A program made the translations under genes and the position numbers. 64,000 nucleotides of DNA from the human T2T-CHM13v2.0 reference genome, Homo sapiens, in assembly GCF_009914755.1 (NCBI RefSeq), contig NC_060931.1, one strand, 5' to 3'. Each line of letters opens with the position of its first letter. Position 1 is the first letter of the stretch. Shown piece by piece: positions 1 to 27,110 of this stretch. Below the pieces are notes generated by a model, which saw only the letters and a program-made list of their open reading frames with translations, had not been told where the DNA came from and searched no databases.

Positions 1-3000
1 AAAAATTTCTACAAAGAACTTGAAAGATGCTATTTCAATAAATAGCTCAGGAATTTCAGAAGCATATAACCCATATCTGTCATAGGATTTACATTGCATC
101 TTGGCTATGATGAAAACAAATATTTCATGTCTTAGGAGATTAAGATCATACAATCTCTATATGGAATTCTTTGTGATAATTCATTAGTTGGTGAGAATGT
201 TTTGTTAGGTTTAAACCAGCCTCAGTGAAGCTGGTGTCAGGGAAGGGAAAGTGGACTTTGAACAGAGCAGAAACAGAAGAAAGATGCTCTGCTGCAGGTC
301 AGGAAAAAGCAGGGGGTGAAATGTTACAAATTCTAGAACTCAGAGAACTGAAGGTAATTACTTCCTTTTCAAATTGTGAAACATTTTAACCTGTGGTAAA
401 ATATTCATAACATGATAATTACCATCTAACCACGTTGAAGTCTACAGTTCAGTTATTTGAAGTATATTCGTGTCATTGCTCAATTATTATTTGCTAAATG
501 TCTTCTCTCAAGTCCTTCTTAAAGTCATAAAATGTAAACGATGAATCCATGGATTAACAGTGGAAAGCCTGGAGGTCCAATAGCCTTAGCCAGGAACATA
601 TGCTATCTGTCAGAGTCCCCATAGCATGAAAATGAGTTTGCCCTGGAAAGGGAAAAAACAGCTTTTTGCCCTCAGCTTTCTCACCTTCTTCTTTTCCCAC
701 CTGAACCAACGATTCAGGTCCACCTGTATGCATACAAAGAAAAGGGGTTTATCTTTTCCAGGAATTAAAATTGACCTGCAAGACGTCTTTACTTCATGGA
801 GATCTGTAGAAGCTGAAGTCCAAAATGTGACGATGAAGCTCGGCAATTACAAAATCTATAGATAAAGAAAGACTGCCAAGGAAGAGTAAGATATTCATTG
901 ACACAAATGCTGTTGTATGAACCATGTCCCAATGAAAGTAGACAACTGTAATGTCCTTGAGAATATTTTCTGCAATATTTGTGGCAAATTCAGTGGGCAT
1001 AAAATTGAGTTTTTTGTTCATGCTTTATTAGTTCAATCTTCATATTTTCTTTTCCTTCCTACATTCTTGTTTGTAATTTTTTAGGGGGAAGAGGAGGTAC
1101 TGGTACTGGCATCATTCAATTTAATGCTTGGGTCACCTCTGGATTCATTATCACAGTCTTAGCTTTTGGTCATATTACATTGTATTTTTCTGCCATATGA
1201 ATACTCTATTTAAATTAATTGTGAGATGCTGATTAATAATCTTTAGCAATGAAACGAAGCCTACTAGCATTTTATCTTGCTGCAGAAAAGATGGGAGTCT
1301 ACTTCTGGGTTATGGTCAGGGTTCCTAGCACACCTGGATGCCCTTTAGGTAGTCAGCCCTCTATATACTCAGCAACTGAGGTCATCAGTGCAGGCTCAGC
1401 CCCTACAAAGGCCAGGGTATTTCCTGTCCACCTCTATTGCTGGTGTGTGATTCTTCTGGGTTCCAACCAAAGCCAGTGGACTTCAGTAGGGGTCACCTTC
1501 ATTGGCAGACCCTCAATCCACTTCTTTTCCATCTAATCCCATGCATGTGTGCAAAAGCTGCTCTGCTTCTTTGCATCTCAGTAGTCCCTTTCAGAATCCA
1601 AAGATGAAACTCAGGGAAATGGGCTCCAAATGTGAGACTGACCTTCTTTCTGAGTTTTCTTCTTCTCCATCTCAGCCTCATGTCTGTTTACTTCTGTGTT
1701 AGCAATTTGATGAATTAAATTATGGGTTTTATATACTGTCTGGTGTTTCCCATTGTTCTCATAGGAGATCAGAAACCTCAGATGCACTCGTGTCTACTCA
1801 AGAGCAGAATCCTTCCTTAGATTCCTTCCAGACTCAGGTTTTGTGTTTTTTAGTTTCCAAGGGCACAGCAGGAGTAGTGATGTCCTCACTAGCTTTTCAC
1901 TTGCACTAAACTGTGACCTCATTTAGGGTGAGGACAGGAACCTGCTCCCATTTCAGCTTTAGCACCTCACAACACACTCCTTGCTTGAGGTCACTCCAGG
2001 CAGCATGTGTTGAAGGATGGCCTGGGTGGTCAGAAACAAGTGCATTAACTTTCTCTTTGAAGAGTTTTTGTTCCTGTTTCCTAGAGTTATTGGAATTTTA
2101 CATGTCCTCCATATGAAATCAAGTATTAAGTGAGATCCTTGGAGTCAGAACCATGAATCAAGTAGTGTGAAGGCAACACAGCAAACCTACCTTTTTAGGC
2201 CATTTTCTTTTTCTGCACTCACTCTCTATGAACTGAACCTTGTTAAAGTTGCTCAACAGCAGGGTGGATGATATGCAGTTGTCACCAATTTTCAGGACAT
2301 AACACCCTGACTAAGGAGCCATTTAGATCATTTCTAATTCAGTATATATGCCCAGCACTCAAATTAGCCTTATCTCTCAATAAGGAGCTTTAAAGTCGAT
2401 GATGAGAGTTCCATTCCTCAATTATGGAAATGTACAGTGGTGAACTGCAGGGTTAATGACACCATGTTCTGGAAGGATCTCTCTAAGACTGATTGTCAGG
2501 ATTCTGACATTAGCCTCTGATAGAGAATCAGATCTGCCACGGGAGGAGAAAGATGAGTAGTGATTCCTACTCCATCCTGATAGAGTTAGTTTTGATGATT
2601 TGGTGAGGTCTGGTTTTCCACACTAAACTAAAATGAGCTTTTGCCGTGTCAAGCACAAGGCTGACCCCAGAAGCAGACATAGTGCATCTCACAGAAGCTT
2701 GTAATAGTCTTTACTTACTAAAGAATAGGACTATAGACCTATTAAGATGAGCTGGAAATAACAGGTTACTTGCTAGCAGGCCAGAGTGATTTTTCTTTGT
2801 CCCTCAATGGGAGGTGTCAATTCTTCCTCCAGTTGTAAGGATCAGTTGCTTCACTTATGGGAAGGTTGGCAGAGGACCTTCGAATCATGGCCTTCAGATG
2901 TCAGAAGGGAAGAGAGAATCCCACATGGGCTAGTGAATCGTGTGCATGTATTTCCCTTCTCACCTCAGGAAGCTGGGAATGAAAGAACGTGAGTGAGCAG

Positions 3001-4072
3001 AAAAGAAGAGACAGCTGTCAGAGGCAGAGGAAAATGTAAAATTGATTATGGAAAAAATAGACATCTACATGTGAGTTCAGAAATTGAACACCAGCCTCTT
3101 GGGAAACTTCCATTGGAGTGTTTTGTTTTCAACTTTTTTACAATGTTTAGACCCAGTTAACACAGAAATAGAAACAAATGGTCAGAAGACATATCTAAAG
3201 AGAGAATTCACACAAGGGAGAACAAAGTACCTTAAGATTTAACAGTGACCAAAACATGTGAAGTAGCAAAACATCTCCTGACCCCAATGCAGGTCAGGCT
3301 GTGAGGAATCTAGGTTCATACCAGCCTTTCTAGGGATTGTGTGAGTTTTTGTCATCCTTAGAAAAGCATGTTGTTGTAGGATCAGCCGCATTCTTCAAAC
3401 TGACTGTGCCTGTTGAGAAGCCCAGCTTTTTCTGCCCTGTGAAATATGGCAAAGACATTAATACAAGGAGAATGGAGCTTTATGATAAAAGATGACAAGT
3501 GAAGGATGAATTAGGGACATACCAAGAATAGGTAAGAAAATTGTCAACTCAGAAACCATCAGGCATTAAGTAAAGCAGGAGGAATCATTATAGCAACACT
3601 TTTGATCATACTGTACTTTTATAACCATGTGAAAAACGTTTTCTATGTATAGATTTACATAGGATACAGTTATGGGGATAACAGGAACATTACAGATTAT
3701 TTAAAATCATACTGAAAATGGTGCTTTATCTGATGAAAGTGATTCTAAATCATAGGAAAATGATTTAAGACATGCAAGAGCTGTGGCAGCAGGTAGAGGA
3801 CTACTATAGATGCGAGTTAAGAAGCCTTCCTCCCCACAGTTACGGAAGCTTTCAGTGCTGATGCAGATGATTCCACGACACTTGGACTCTCTCAACATGT
3901 AATTTTTCATGTGTTGGCTTTTTCATATCATGCCTTCTGCAAGAAAGGCTCTCGAAGAATCCTGTCTCCCAAGGGAGGAGTCAGACAGGGATCAAGAAGA
4001 GTCAGACAAGAGCGATCTCCTGCCTCCCAGATGCTCCATTTTGACTGAGTTAGTTGTGAACTTGTTAAATAC

Positions 4073-11530
<7,458 letters not shown>

Positions 11531-13606
11531 AGATTTTTACATATACCTGGGCCAAGCACTTTGATAGTTTGACTCTCCTTTCTTAACAATGTCCTCAGAA
11601 GGGATTGTGACACATCTCTGGACCCATTATCTAGGTTACATGTCCCCCCCTTTTGCCTGGACCCTGCCTTCAGTCAGCATTGTAGCATTTCTCAGCACTG
11701 CAACCAAACAATACGACTCTTTTGCTTGGGTGGTGTTTACAGGAGACATTGTGAAATATCTCTAGGCCCATCGTTTATGTGATATGACTCTACTCTCCTG
11801 CCTGGGCGTGCCCAAAAGGGGCATTGTGCCATAGAGCTGGGCCTAGTCCCCAAGTTTTGTGACTTTTCTCTCAGGACACTGCCTACAAGGAGAATATTGG
11901 AATATTTCTGGAAAAGCATTTAGGTGATGTGGCTGGGCTCCCTGTCAAAACCACAGAGGGGATTGTGACATATAGCTAGGTACAGCTCACAGGCATGATA
12001 ATAACTCTCATATGTGGACCCAGCCAATAAGAGAAATTTTTACTCTCATGACTAGGTTTAGGGACACTAGTAATGTCCTCAATCTCCTTCTAGTGTAAAG
12101 GTCACAGAAGATTACAATACTCACACATGTTATATAAAGACCTGTGTTGTACAGAGAGTGTCATAACATGGCCCAGCACACAAGTGAAATTCTGAGTCTC
12201 ATATGCACACCCAGCTGACAGTAAGAACTGTCACTGTCTCACATGTATGAAGCCAACTCTCACACATGAAAACAGGACATATGTGGCATTGCAAATCTCA
12301 TCCCTGGAATTCTCTGCCAGTGTGATTGTGATATATATCTTTGCCAAGGACCTGTGTGATTTGACTCTCCAGATTGTTTCCAGCCCATATATGGGACTGT
12401 GATGTCTATCTGGGCTAACCTCTTGTGATGTGACTACTCTGCCTGGGGCCTGCTCTCACTAAGGATTGTGACATATATCTGGATCAAGCACCCAGGTGAT
12501 GTTACATTCTTGCATGCACCATGACCACAGAAATTACTGTGATATGTCACTGTGTCCACCACTTAGTTGACATGACTCTCCTCTCTGGAATGGGCCCTGC
12601 ATATGGGTGGGGATACTGACATATTGCTAGGCCATGCTCACAGGTGATGGTACTTTTTTGCCAGGGCCATGCTTCACATAGGACATTGTGACACATCTCT
12701 GGGCCTATCACCTAGGTGATGTGACTTTCTTCTTGGGTCCTGACCACATGGAGCATTGTGACATACGGGTGGAACCTGCACCTAGGTGATGTAACCCTCT
12801 TGCCTGGGTTTTGTTTTAAGGGAGCCTTATGACATATCTCAGGACCCAGCACTCAGTTTATGTGGTTCTTCTGCCCAGTTTCTGCCCACATGTTAGACTG
12901 TGACAAATACATAGGGAAGCACCTAGGTGATAAGATTCTTTTTTTCTACCTCAAGCCTGCATACTGGGGAAATTGGAACACATCTCTGAGCCCATGACAT
13001 AACTGATATGACTTTCTTCTCTTGCCTGGATCTTTACAATGGGGGGATTGTGACATATTTCTGAGCCCAGCCCTTAGGTAATATGACTATCCTCATTTTT
13101 CTGAATCATGCACACAAGGGGAAATTTTGATCTATTGCAGGGCCCAGAACCCAAATGATGTTACTCTTCTGCCTAAGTCCTGAATTAAGATGGAATTATG
13201 GCATATTGCTGGGCCCAGCACCCTGATGATGTGACTCTCCTGCCTGTTCCAGAGCCACAGAAGGTATTTTAGCCTGTCTTAGACCCATCCTTTAGGTGTT
13301 TGGGCTCTCATGCCTCATCTGTGTTTATTCCACATGTATTAGTCTGTCACATTGCTGGGTCCAGCACCCAGTTTATGTGACCCTCCTTCTTAGGGCCTGC
13401 CTAGAGAGGGCATTGTGACATACTGCTAGATCAAGCACACAAGTGTTGGTACTCTTTTGCCAGGGCCATGTTTCAAGGAGGACGTTGTGACATATCTCTG
13501 GGCCTATCACCTAGGTGATGTGACTTTCTGCTTGGGCCTTGCCCACATGGAACATTGTGAAATAAGGGTGGAACCTGCACCTAGGTGATGTTACTCTTTT
13601 GCCTGG
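11531..13606. repeat. Beta-satellite-like (BSR) diverged tandem array, ~70-bp unit
   Basis: Recurring ttgtgaca(t/c)atctctgggccc...cctaggtgatgtgactct units. This repeat type is known to be interspersed in ZNF91-family KRAB-ZNF clusters. Confidence 0.85.
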
Positions 13607-14101
13607 TGTGATGGTTAATACTGCATGTCAACTTGATTATACTGAAGAATGCAAAGTATTGATTCTGGGTGTGTCTGTGAGGGTGTTGCCAAAGGAGATT
13701 AACATTTGAGTCAGTAGGCTGGGAAAGGCAGACCCACCCTTAATCTGGCGGGCACCATCTAATCACCTGCCAGTGAATATAAAGCAGGTAGAAAAATGTG
13801 AAAAGGCGAGACTGGCCTAGCCTTCCAGCTGACATCTTTCTCTTGTGCTAGATGCTTCCTGCCCTCAAACATCGGATTCCAAGTTCTTCAGTTTTGGGAC
13901 TCGGACTGGCTCTCCTTGCTCCTCAGCTTGCTGACAGCCTGTTGTTGGACCTTGTGATCATGTAAGTTAATAATAAACTAACTCCCATATATATGGGAGT
14001 TTATTTTATATATATAATATTTTATATTTATATATATGTGTGTGTGTGTGTGTATATATATATAGTCTGTTAGTTCTGCCCCCCTAGAGAACTCTAATAC
14101 A
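13607..14101 (+). mobile_element. MLT2A1 (HERV-L) 5' LTR
   Basis: Starts tgtgatggttaatact and ends ctctaataca; AATAAA at 13972; TA/TG microsatellite near the 3' end; followed directly by the ERV-L PBS-like gattttggtaccag. Confidence 0.9.
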
Positions 14102-16504
<2,403 letters not shown>

Positions 16505-17065
16505 GAATTTATTTTTTTGTAACACCGCCAGGATTCGATGGTGCAAGTCTTGTAGTCCAGAGACATCTTCCTGACGCTGCTCCCCATCTTGTGCCCTCTC
16601 TTTCCTGGCATCCTTCCCCTTGCAGAAGGAGGAACTTTTCTCATGTTCTTTCCAGTCCCTCCCTAACAGGGAAGCCTGGAGACTAGGGTGCCTGCTTTCC
16701 ACTGCAGCCACAAAGTATGGGGGTGCCAGCTAGGAGGTGGTTTCCTGGGGTGCCCTCCCGAGGGTGCTTGGTAGGAGCATCTGCTGTGCTCTGCTCTGAG
16801 GACTTTGATCCTCCTGGGCAGAGGACACTGGCATCAAGGGGGCAGCAAGCAGCCCTGCACCCTGGCCCTTTCCTAGCTGGCAGCTGTGGTGTGTCCTACT
16901 ACCATCTAAGGTGCCCAGGAAAGAAGGGGGCCAGGGCCTGGTCATGGGGGCACCTATTGTTCCTTGAAATTCCATTGGCGGGGTACATGTTTTACTGAAA
17001 ACTGTCGGTGTGGAGTGCACCATCCTTGCACAAGGTGGGGGGCTTGGTGCCTGGTGCGATTGTGA

Positions 17066-17397
<332 letters not shown>

Positions 17398-17547
17398 CTA
17401 CTGGAACAATTTGTCGCTAGTTCTGGGGCTTCCCTTCCTCCTCTCATACTGGCCCACAGTCTAGTGTTGCTACCTCTGCCCCTAGCAACAGCCTCTGCCG
17501 GGGCCCCCTCGCCCCCTCCCCACTCGCCTCTCTTAGAAAACTGATAC

Positions 17548-19046
<1,499 letters not shown>

Positions 19047-19063
19047 AGAAAACTGCTACCCTG

Positions 19064-19340
19064 ATGTTTGCTAAGACACAGGGGAGGTTCTTCCCCTCAC
19101 CGACCCCCTCCCTAGGAAGCGGCATGTTTTCTGGGCCAAGGGCGCATCGAGGATGTGACCCACTCCCTGGCCAAGTGTGAGGCCGGGGCGTGGCGGCTGA
19201 TCCCACTGCTCGGCGGGGCACTTTCCTTTCCAGGCAGAGAGGAGCCCTGGAGGGCACCGGGATCCCACCCAGCGCAGAACGCACTGGCCAGCGGGCCGCT
19301 TGGCAAGCGCCATGGGCCGCTGGCGACCCTCCTCAGCTCT
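19064..19340 (+). promoter_or_regulatory. GC/CpG-rich promoter-like segment with GC box
   Basis: Many retained CpGs; GGGGCGTGGC (Sp/KLF) at 19185-19194; a GC-rich counterpart lies at 17460-17530 on the other side of the L1. Confidence 0.45.
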
Positions 19341-19547
19341 GCATTAGTGAGAGGTTATGTAGAAGAGGAAAGAAATTTTCCCTGCTTAGCCGATTTGTCC
19401 TCCCTCTCTGCTTACTGGTTAGGAGATAGAACCCAGATCCGGGTGGCAATTCACATTCCATTACAAAACTCTACACAGCTTCCGGGCTAGCACCAGCACA
19501 CATTTGGGGAACATCGGAAGGATTTTCTTCTTCTTTTGTGGGTGGTC

Positions 19548-19601
19548 ATGATCGTGGTAGCGGAGAGACATAGAAGGGTGAATAAAAAATATAACGATTT
19601 G
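19548..19601 (+). other. Candidate first coding exon end (MIVVAERHRRVNKKYNDL) of an unidentified duplicated gene
   Basis: gtcATG, 18 open codons, then donor TTG|GTAAGT at 19602, downstream of the CpG-rich segment. Confidence 0.3.
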
Positions 19602-19762
19602 GTAAGTCAGAGCACCTGTCTGGGATTTTTATTAACGGAAAATTAAACCTTCGTTCTTAAGAGTTTAAGCTTAGCCCTTTCTAAGTCAATGGAAACAAAG
19701 TGCCTGTTGGATAAGAATGCTGAAATAGTAAGACATTTCTGTCTTTAAAAACCTTAAAATGA

Positions 19763-19970
<208 letters not shown>

Positions 19971-20374
19971 TGAAAGGGTTTATTTTTCCTTACATATGTA
20001 GTTGTCTCTGAATCTGTGCACGATTATTCTGAAGGAAGTTTAATAGAAGTGGAAGGTGAGGGAGAGAACTGCCAAGAGAAGGATGTGATTTTGTTTTCAT
20101 TTTTTCACACTCATGAAAAGCATCCTCTAGATTTTGTGTTTTTTCAAGTAGGCAGGTATAGTTTTGAAGCCATATTTTAATTAGGGAATCTGAAATTAGA
20201 GGCCAAAGTCTTGGCTAAAACCTCTTTGAAAAAACAAAAAGATGCTTAGTTCAGTGCTACATTCAATTGCCACAGAACTTTTGCAGGAATGGGTATGAAT
20301 TCCTTCTAAAGGATCCTGTGCTCCATTTCAGGTAAATAAAGTTACACTGTCTTATCATTCTTGAAAATACAGCT

Positions 20375-20733
<359 letters not shown>

Positions 20734-20825
20734 TTAAAAATGCCATGGATGCTCACTGATATATGGAATATCATTCTCTGGGGTTTTCTAGATACCATTT
20801 TATTTCTCATCAGAAATTCAGACTC

Positions 20826-21136
20826 TAAGTTGAAAAATCAGGCAATGAAAGGAGTTCTGATGCTCTTACGTAGCATAAGATCTACTCTGATGGACTTAAG
20901 CCATTGTAAAAGTCCCAGCTTGGTTCCTATCAAAAGCCTCTTTCCATGAATGTTATGCTTACAAGTCAAACAGATAAAGCATCACTAAAGCAAACATAAA
21001 CTACAAAGCTCTTAAAATTTAGGTGTACATTTCATTTGAAAATTATTCAAAAGCTCAAGCCATCTATAAGAAATGTCTTCTTTGCCTTTTAGTATCAAGA
21101 AATTAAAAAGAAAGAAGAAAAAGGAGAAGTGGGCAG
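20826..21136 (+). repeat. Left arm of 311-bp inverted repeat
   Basis: Reverse complement of 22789-23099 with 4 mismatches and no gaps. Confidence 0.97.
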
Positions 21137-21384
21137 ACACGTGTTTGTTATGTGATAGGGAACATGTATCTCACTGAGCTGGTACAGGTGGTGCACCCAT
21201 TCCTAACTTGTTACAACCATCCAACAAGTGACCTTTTGATGAAGGGATCTTTTATTTTAAGTTTCTTCAGGCAGATTCCTGAGGTCTTATTTGCATCTGA
21301 CACAGGTACAGCATGTTACCTTTACCTAAAGCATTTTTTTCTCCTTTAAGAGAAAAAATAAACCTTACCTTATAAGTCCTGCAT

Positions 21385-22590
<1,206 letters not shown>

Positions 22591-22788
22591 TATGAACACA
22601 GCATGTTTTCTACCCTTTATAGAGTTATGCACATGTTTTTCATGTTTTTAGCTTTTTCTCTACTTGTAATGTGTTTTAGTTGGTTAAAAGTTATGTACCT
22701 GGCATGGATGAAGCATAAAAAGTACTCATGTAACAGTGAAAATTCAATGTCATTTTCTTACCTATTAAAATAATTAAATGGTTTCCTA

Positions 22789-23099
22789 CTGCCCACTTCT
22801 CCTTTTTCTTCTTTCTTTTTAATTTCTTGATACTAACAGGCAAAGAAGACATTTCTTATAGATGGCTTGAGCTTTTGAATAATTTTCAAATGAAATGTAC
22901 ACCTAAATTTTAAGAGCTTTGTAGTTTATGTTTGCTTTAGTGATGCTTTATCTGTTTGACTTGTAAGCATAACATTCATGGAAAGAGGCTTTTGATAGGC
23001 ACCAAGCTGGGACTTTTACAATGGCTTAAGTCCATCAGAGTAGATCTTATGCTACTTAAGAGCATCAGAACTCCTTTCATTGACTGATTTTTCAACTTA
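22789..23099 (-). repeat. Right arm of 311-bp inverted repeat
   Basis: Reverse complement of 20826-21136. Confidence 0.97.
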
Positions 23100-23333
23100 T
23101 TTCTTAATTGGAACCCCATAAAGAACATGAGTGGTCTTCTGATACCCTTAATGTCTTAGCATTATATCAATATTTTGCTTACCAGTAATCTGTGTGAAAA
23201 TAAAGTTTATTTAGTAAACGAAAGTTGCTGTGTATCTACTGTATGCTAGGATCTTCACTAGATCTGTGGGTGCCAAAGAAAAAGATCTATTTTACCCCTT
23301 TTGCAAAGAGTGAAACTTATTCCCACAGAGTGA

Positions 23334-23715
<382 letters not shown>

Positions 23716-25084
23716 TAATTCATTTTCTTTCCCATGACAAATAAAATCTTTTTGGAACAAGATAGATTGTGATGTGTTTTCTGCTGAGTTGGTACATGCT
23801 AGAAGCTGTTGTGCAGACATGTTGTTCTCTGCTTTATTCAACTTAGGAGACAGTGTGCAATCTGATCCCCAGAGAATTCTATCGGGGCATGCTTCAACTA
23901 CTCAGCAAGTGGACATCTTTTACATGAAGATTTCTGCTCCTGAGAGAAGATATCTGTCTCCTTGGGCTGCACAGCCATCCTCTTATGTGTGAACTGGGCC
24001 ACAATCCTCTTAAGACAATCTCACATGGAAGTCTTATTGGGACTCTCATTTTGGGCAATGCTTGTCTCTGATGTCATCTAAACAACTTACCAAAACCTCA
24101 GGTAACCCCCACTGTGCTCCAAAGAAGGTTCTCTTTTGTGGTGTCAATCCTGACAGATGCAACCTGAACATCCCTTTGGGCCCCAGGGAGCACTGGTCTC
24201 TCCATTTTGGAGAGAATGTGATTTTTCATCTCTTGCTTGGGAGCATGGATATTTCTGAATAACCACAACCATAAATTCTATTAAGAGAGACACCACACTT
24301 TATTTCATCTCTCTATTAGATAAGATAAACTGAATAGGAAGGAATCAAACATTAAAAAGCCCTCCCTACTCCTCATTTTTTAAAATTGGAATAGCTTGGT
24401 GAAGAGATGCTAAAGAGAATACTTCTAAAACTAAGCTTAAGTGTGATTTTTGAAAATTTAAATTTTAAGGTACTCTACAAATAACTCAGAGTGCTTTGCC
24501 TCACTGTGACCCAACCATATGTGTGGGTTTAGAAGCCTAATTATATGTTATTTATAAATATAACTTACCAGATAATTGCCTTGTGTGAATATCCAAGATT
24601 GAAATCAATAGTATGTTTAGAACCAATTTTTGGTGATGAGCATATATAAGCTAACTTTTGGATAAGCCATGCATAGCTACTTATTTTAAAGAATGCAGGA
24701 TAGTGGTGACCACACATGCTGTCTGTTGGGTGATGAATTTTTAAAAAATATTTGTGTATTTGCACTATTATAGTGTTGGCTTCCTCAAGGCCCTGGTGTG
24801 TTGAATTTGCTATGCTTTGGGGTATGGGCATGTGTTACATACAGCTGTCTTCTAAATATGTTAGACCATCTATTGTGGTAAGATTAAGTGAATGAAAGTT
24901 GAATATATTTTCTGTAAGTCCCTGAGAAAATTAATGAAATAAGTGAATAAAGAAATACATGTTTTCGAATTTTAGTGAGTTTACTTCAGAGAAATTAAAA
25001 ATTGTATCAGGTAAGCCAGGCCATGTAATGTGTCTTAAGGGTGTCTGTGATATGCTCATTCTTTGCACACTCAAAACCACTGTT

Positions 25085-25402
<318 letters not shown>

Positions 25403-25829
25403 TCATCTTGCTAAGAATGTGGCATTGGGTTACATGCTGTAAAATCACCTTTTCCTCAGAAAAGTGGATGTTCTGCCTTAGAATGAGAGAGTGTGTGTGC
25501 ATGTTTCATCTTCCTCTGACAGTAAGTGCTGAGAACAGAATAGCCACTCACTTTCTCAGTTTCTCATTGATTTTGCCTCTTTTTAAAAGCAGCTCTAGAT
25601 TTAGATGGGGTGAGCATGGTGGTCTGTGTGTTCTGAAGCTTGCTTTGTACCTTCATTTATCTGTTCTGCACTGGAGAGTAGATGGTGGGTGGCCACGTGT
25701 TTGTTTTGCGTTATGCTCAAAAAAAAGGGAGAAGTATATGTATATTGGGAAAGTGGAGTGGTTAGCACTGATCAAATTCTTATGTTTATAGATTCTGATT
25801 TATTTCATTATTACCTTTATAGTAAGTGA

Positions 25830-26126
<297 letters not shown>

Positions 26127-26220
26127 TAAATGAAATTTTGTAAAATCTCATTGGACCAGCTTGTCTCTAAGAAGTCTGATAGTAGCTACTGCTGTCTCTT
26201 GTGTCTCTTCAAAAAAACTA

Positions 26221-26598
<378 letters not shown>

Positions 26599-26904
26599 TT
26601 ACAAATGAATCTGTCTAGACTATTTTTAAATAAGTTTAACCTACAGCATCCAAGTTACAGACAAATTTTGGTGAAAATCATTTCTTAGCCAGACCTGCCT
26701 GTATTTGCTTTAAATCAGATAAACCAGAAATTAAGTATTTCATTTTCTCTTCTGCCTGTGCTAGACTTATTACCCCAATAGGTCTCCAGTTTGACAAGTC
26801 AAGAATCTAAAGTTATACTTTAATTTTTACCCTTTGTTTGTTGTTAGTTTATGTAGAAACACACTCAGCATGATAGCAGTAGGAGCAGAAGTCAGAAGAT
26901 CTAA

Positions 26905-27110
26905 CAATTATTGAGCACTAGCTACCAGCATCCTAATTTTTTTTTCTTGTGACATCTCATTCATTCATCACAACAACTCTTTTACACAGAGATGTAGATG
27001 TAATTATTATCCTCAGGATTCAAATGAGGAAATAGAGACCCAGGGAGGCGGCCAGCTATTAGAACTCAAACTGTTAAGTGTGTCTCTAGGGCTGTGCTTC
27101 TGACCCCTTC
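26905..27110 (-). mobile_element. MIR relic
   Basis: tattgagcact...ctcattcattcatcacaacaac...attattatcc...atgaggaaa is the antisense MIR core. Confidence 0.6.
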
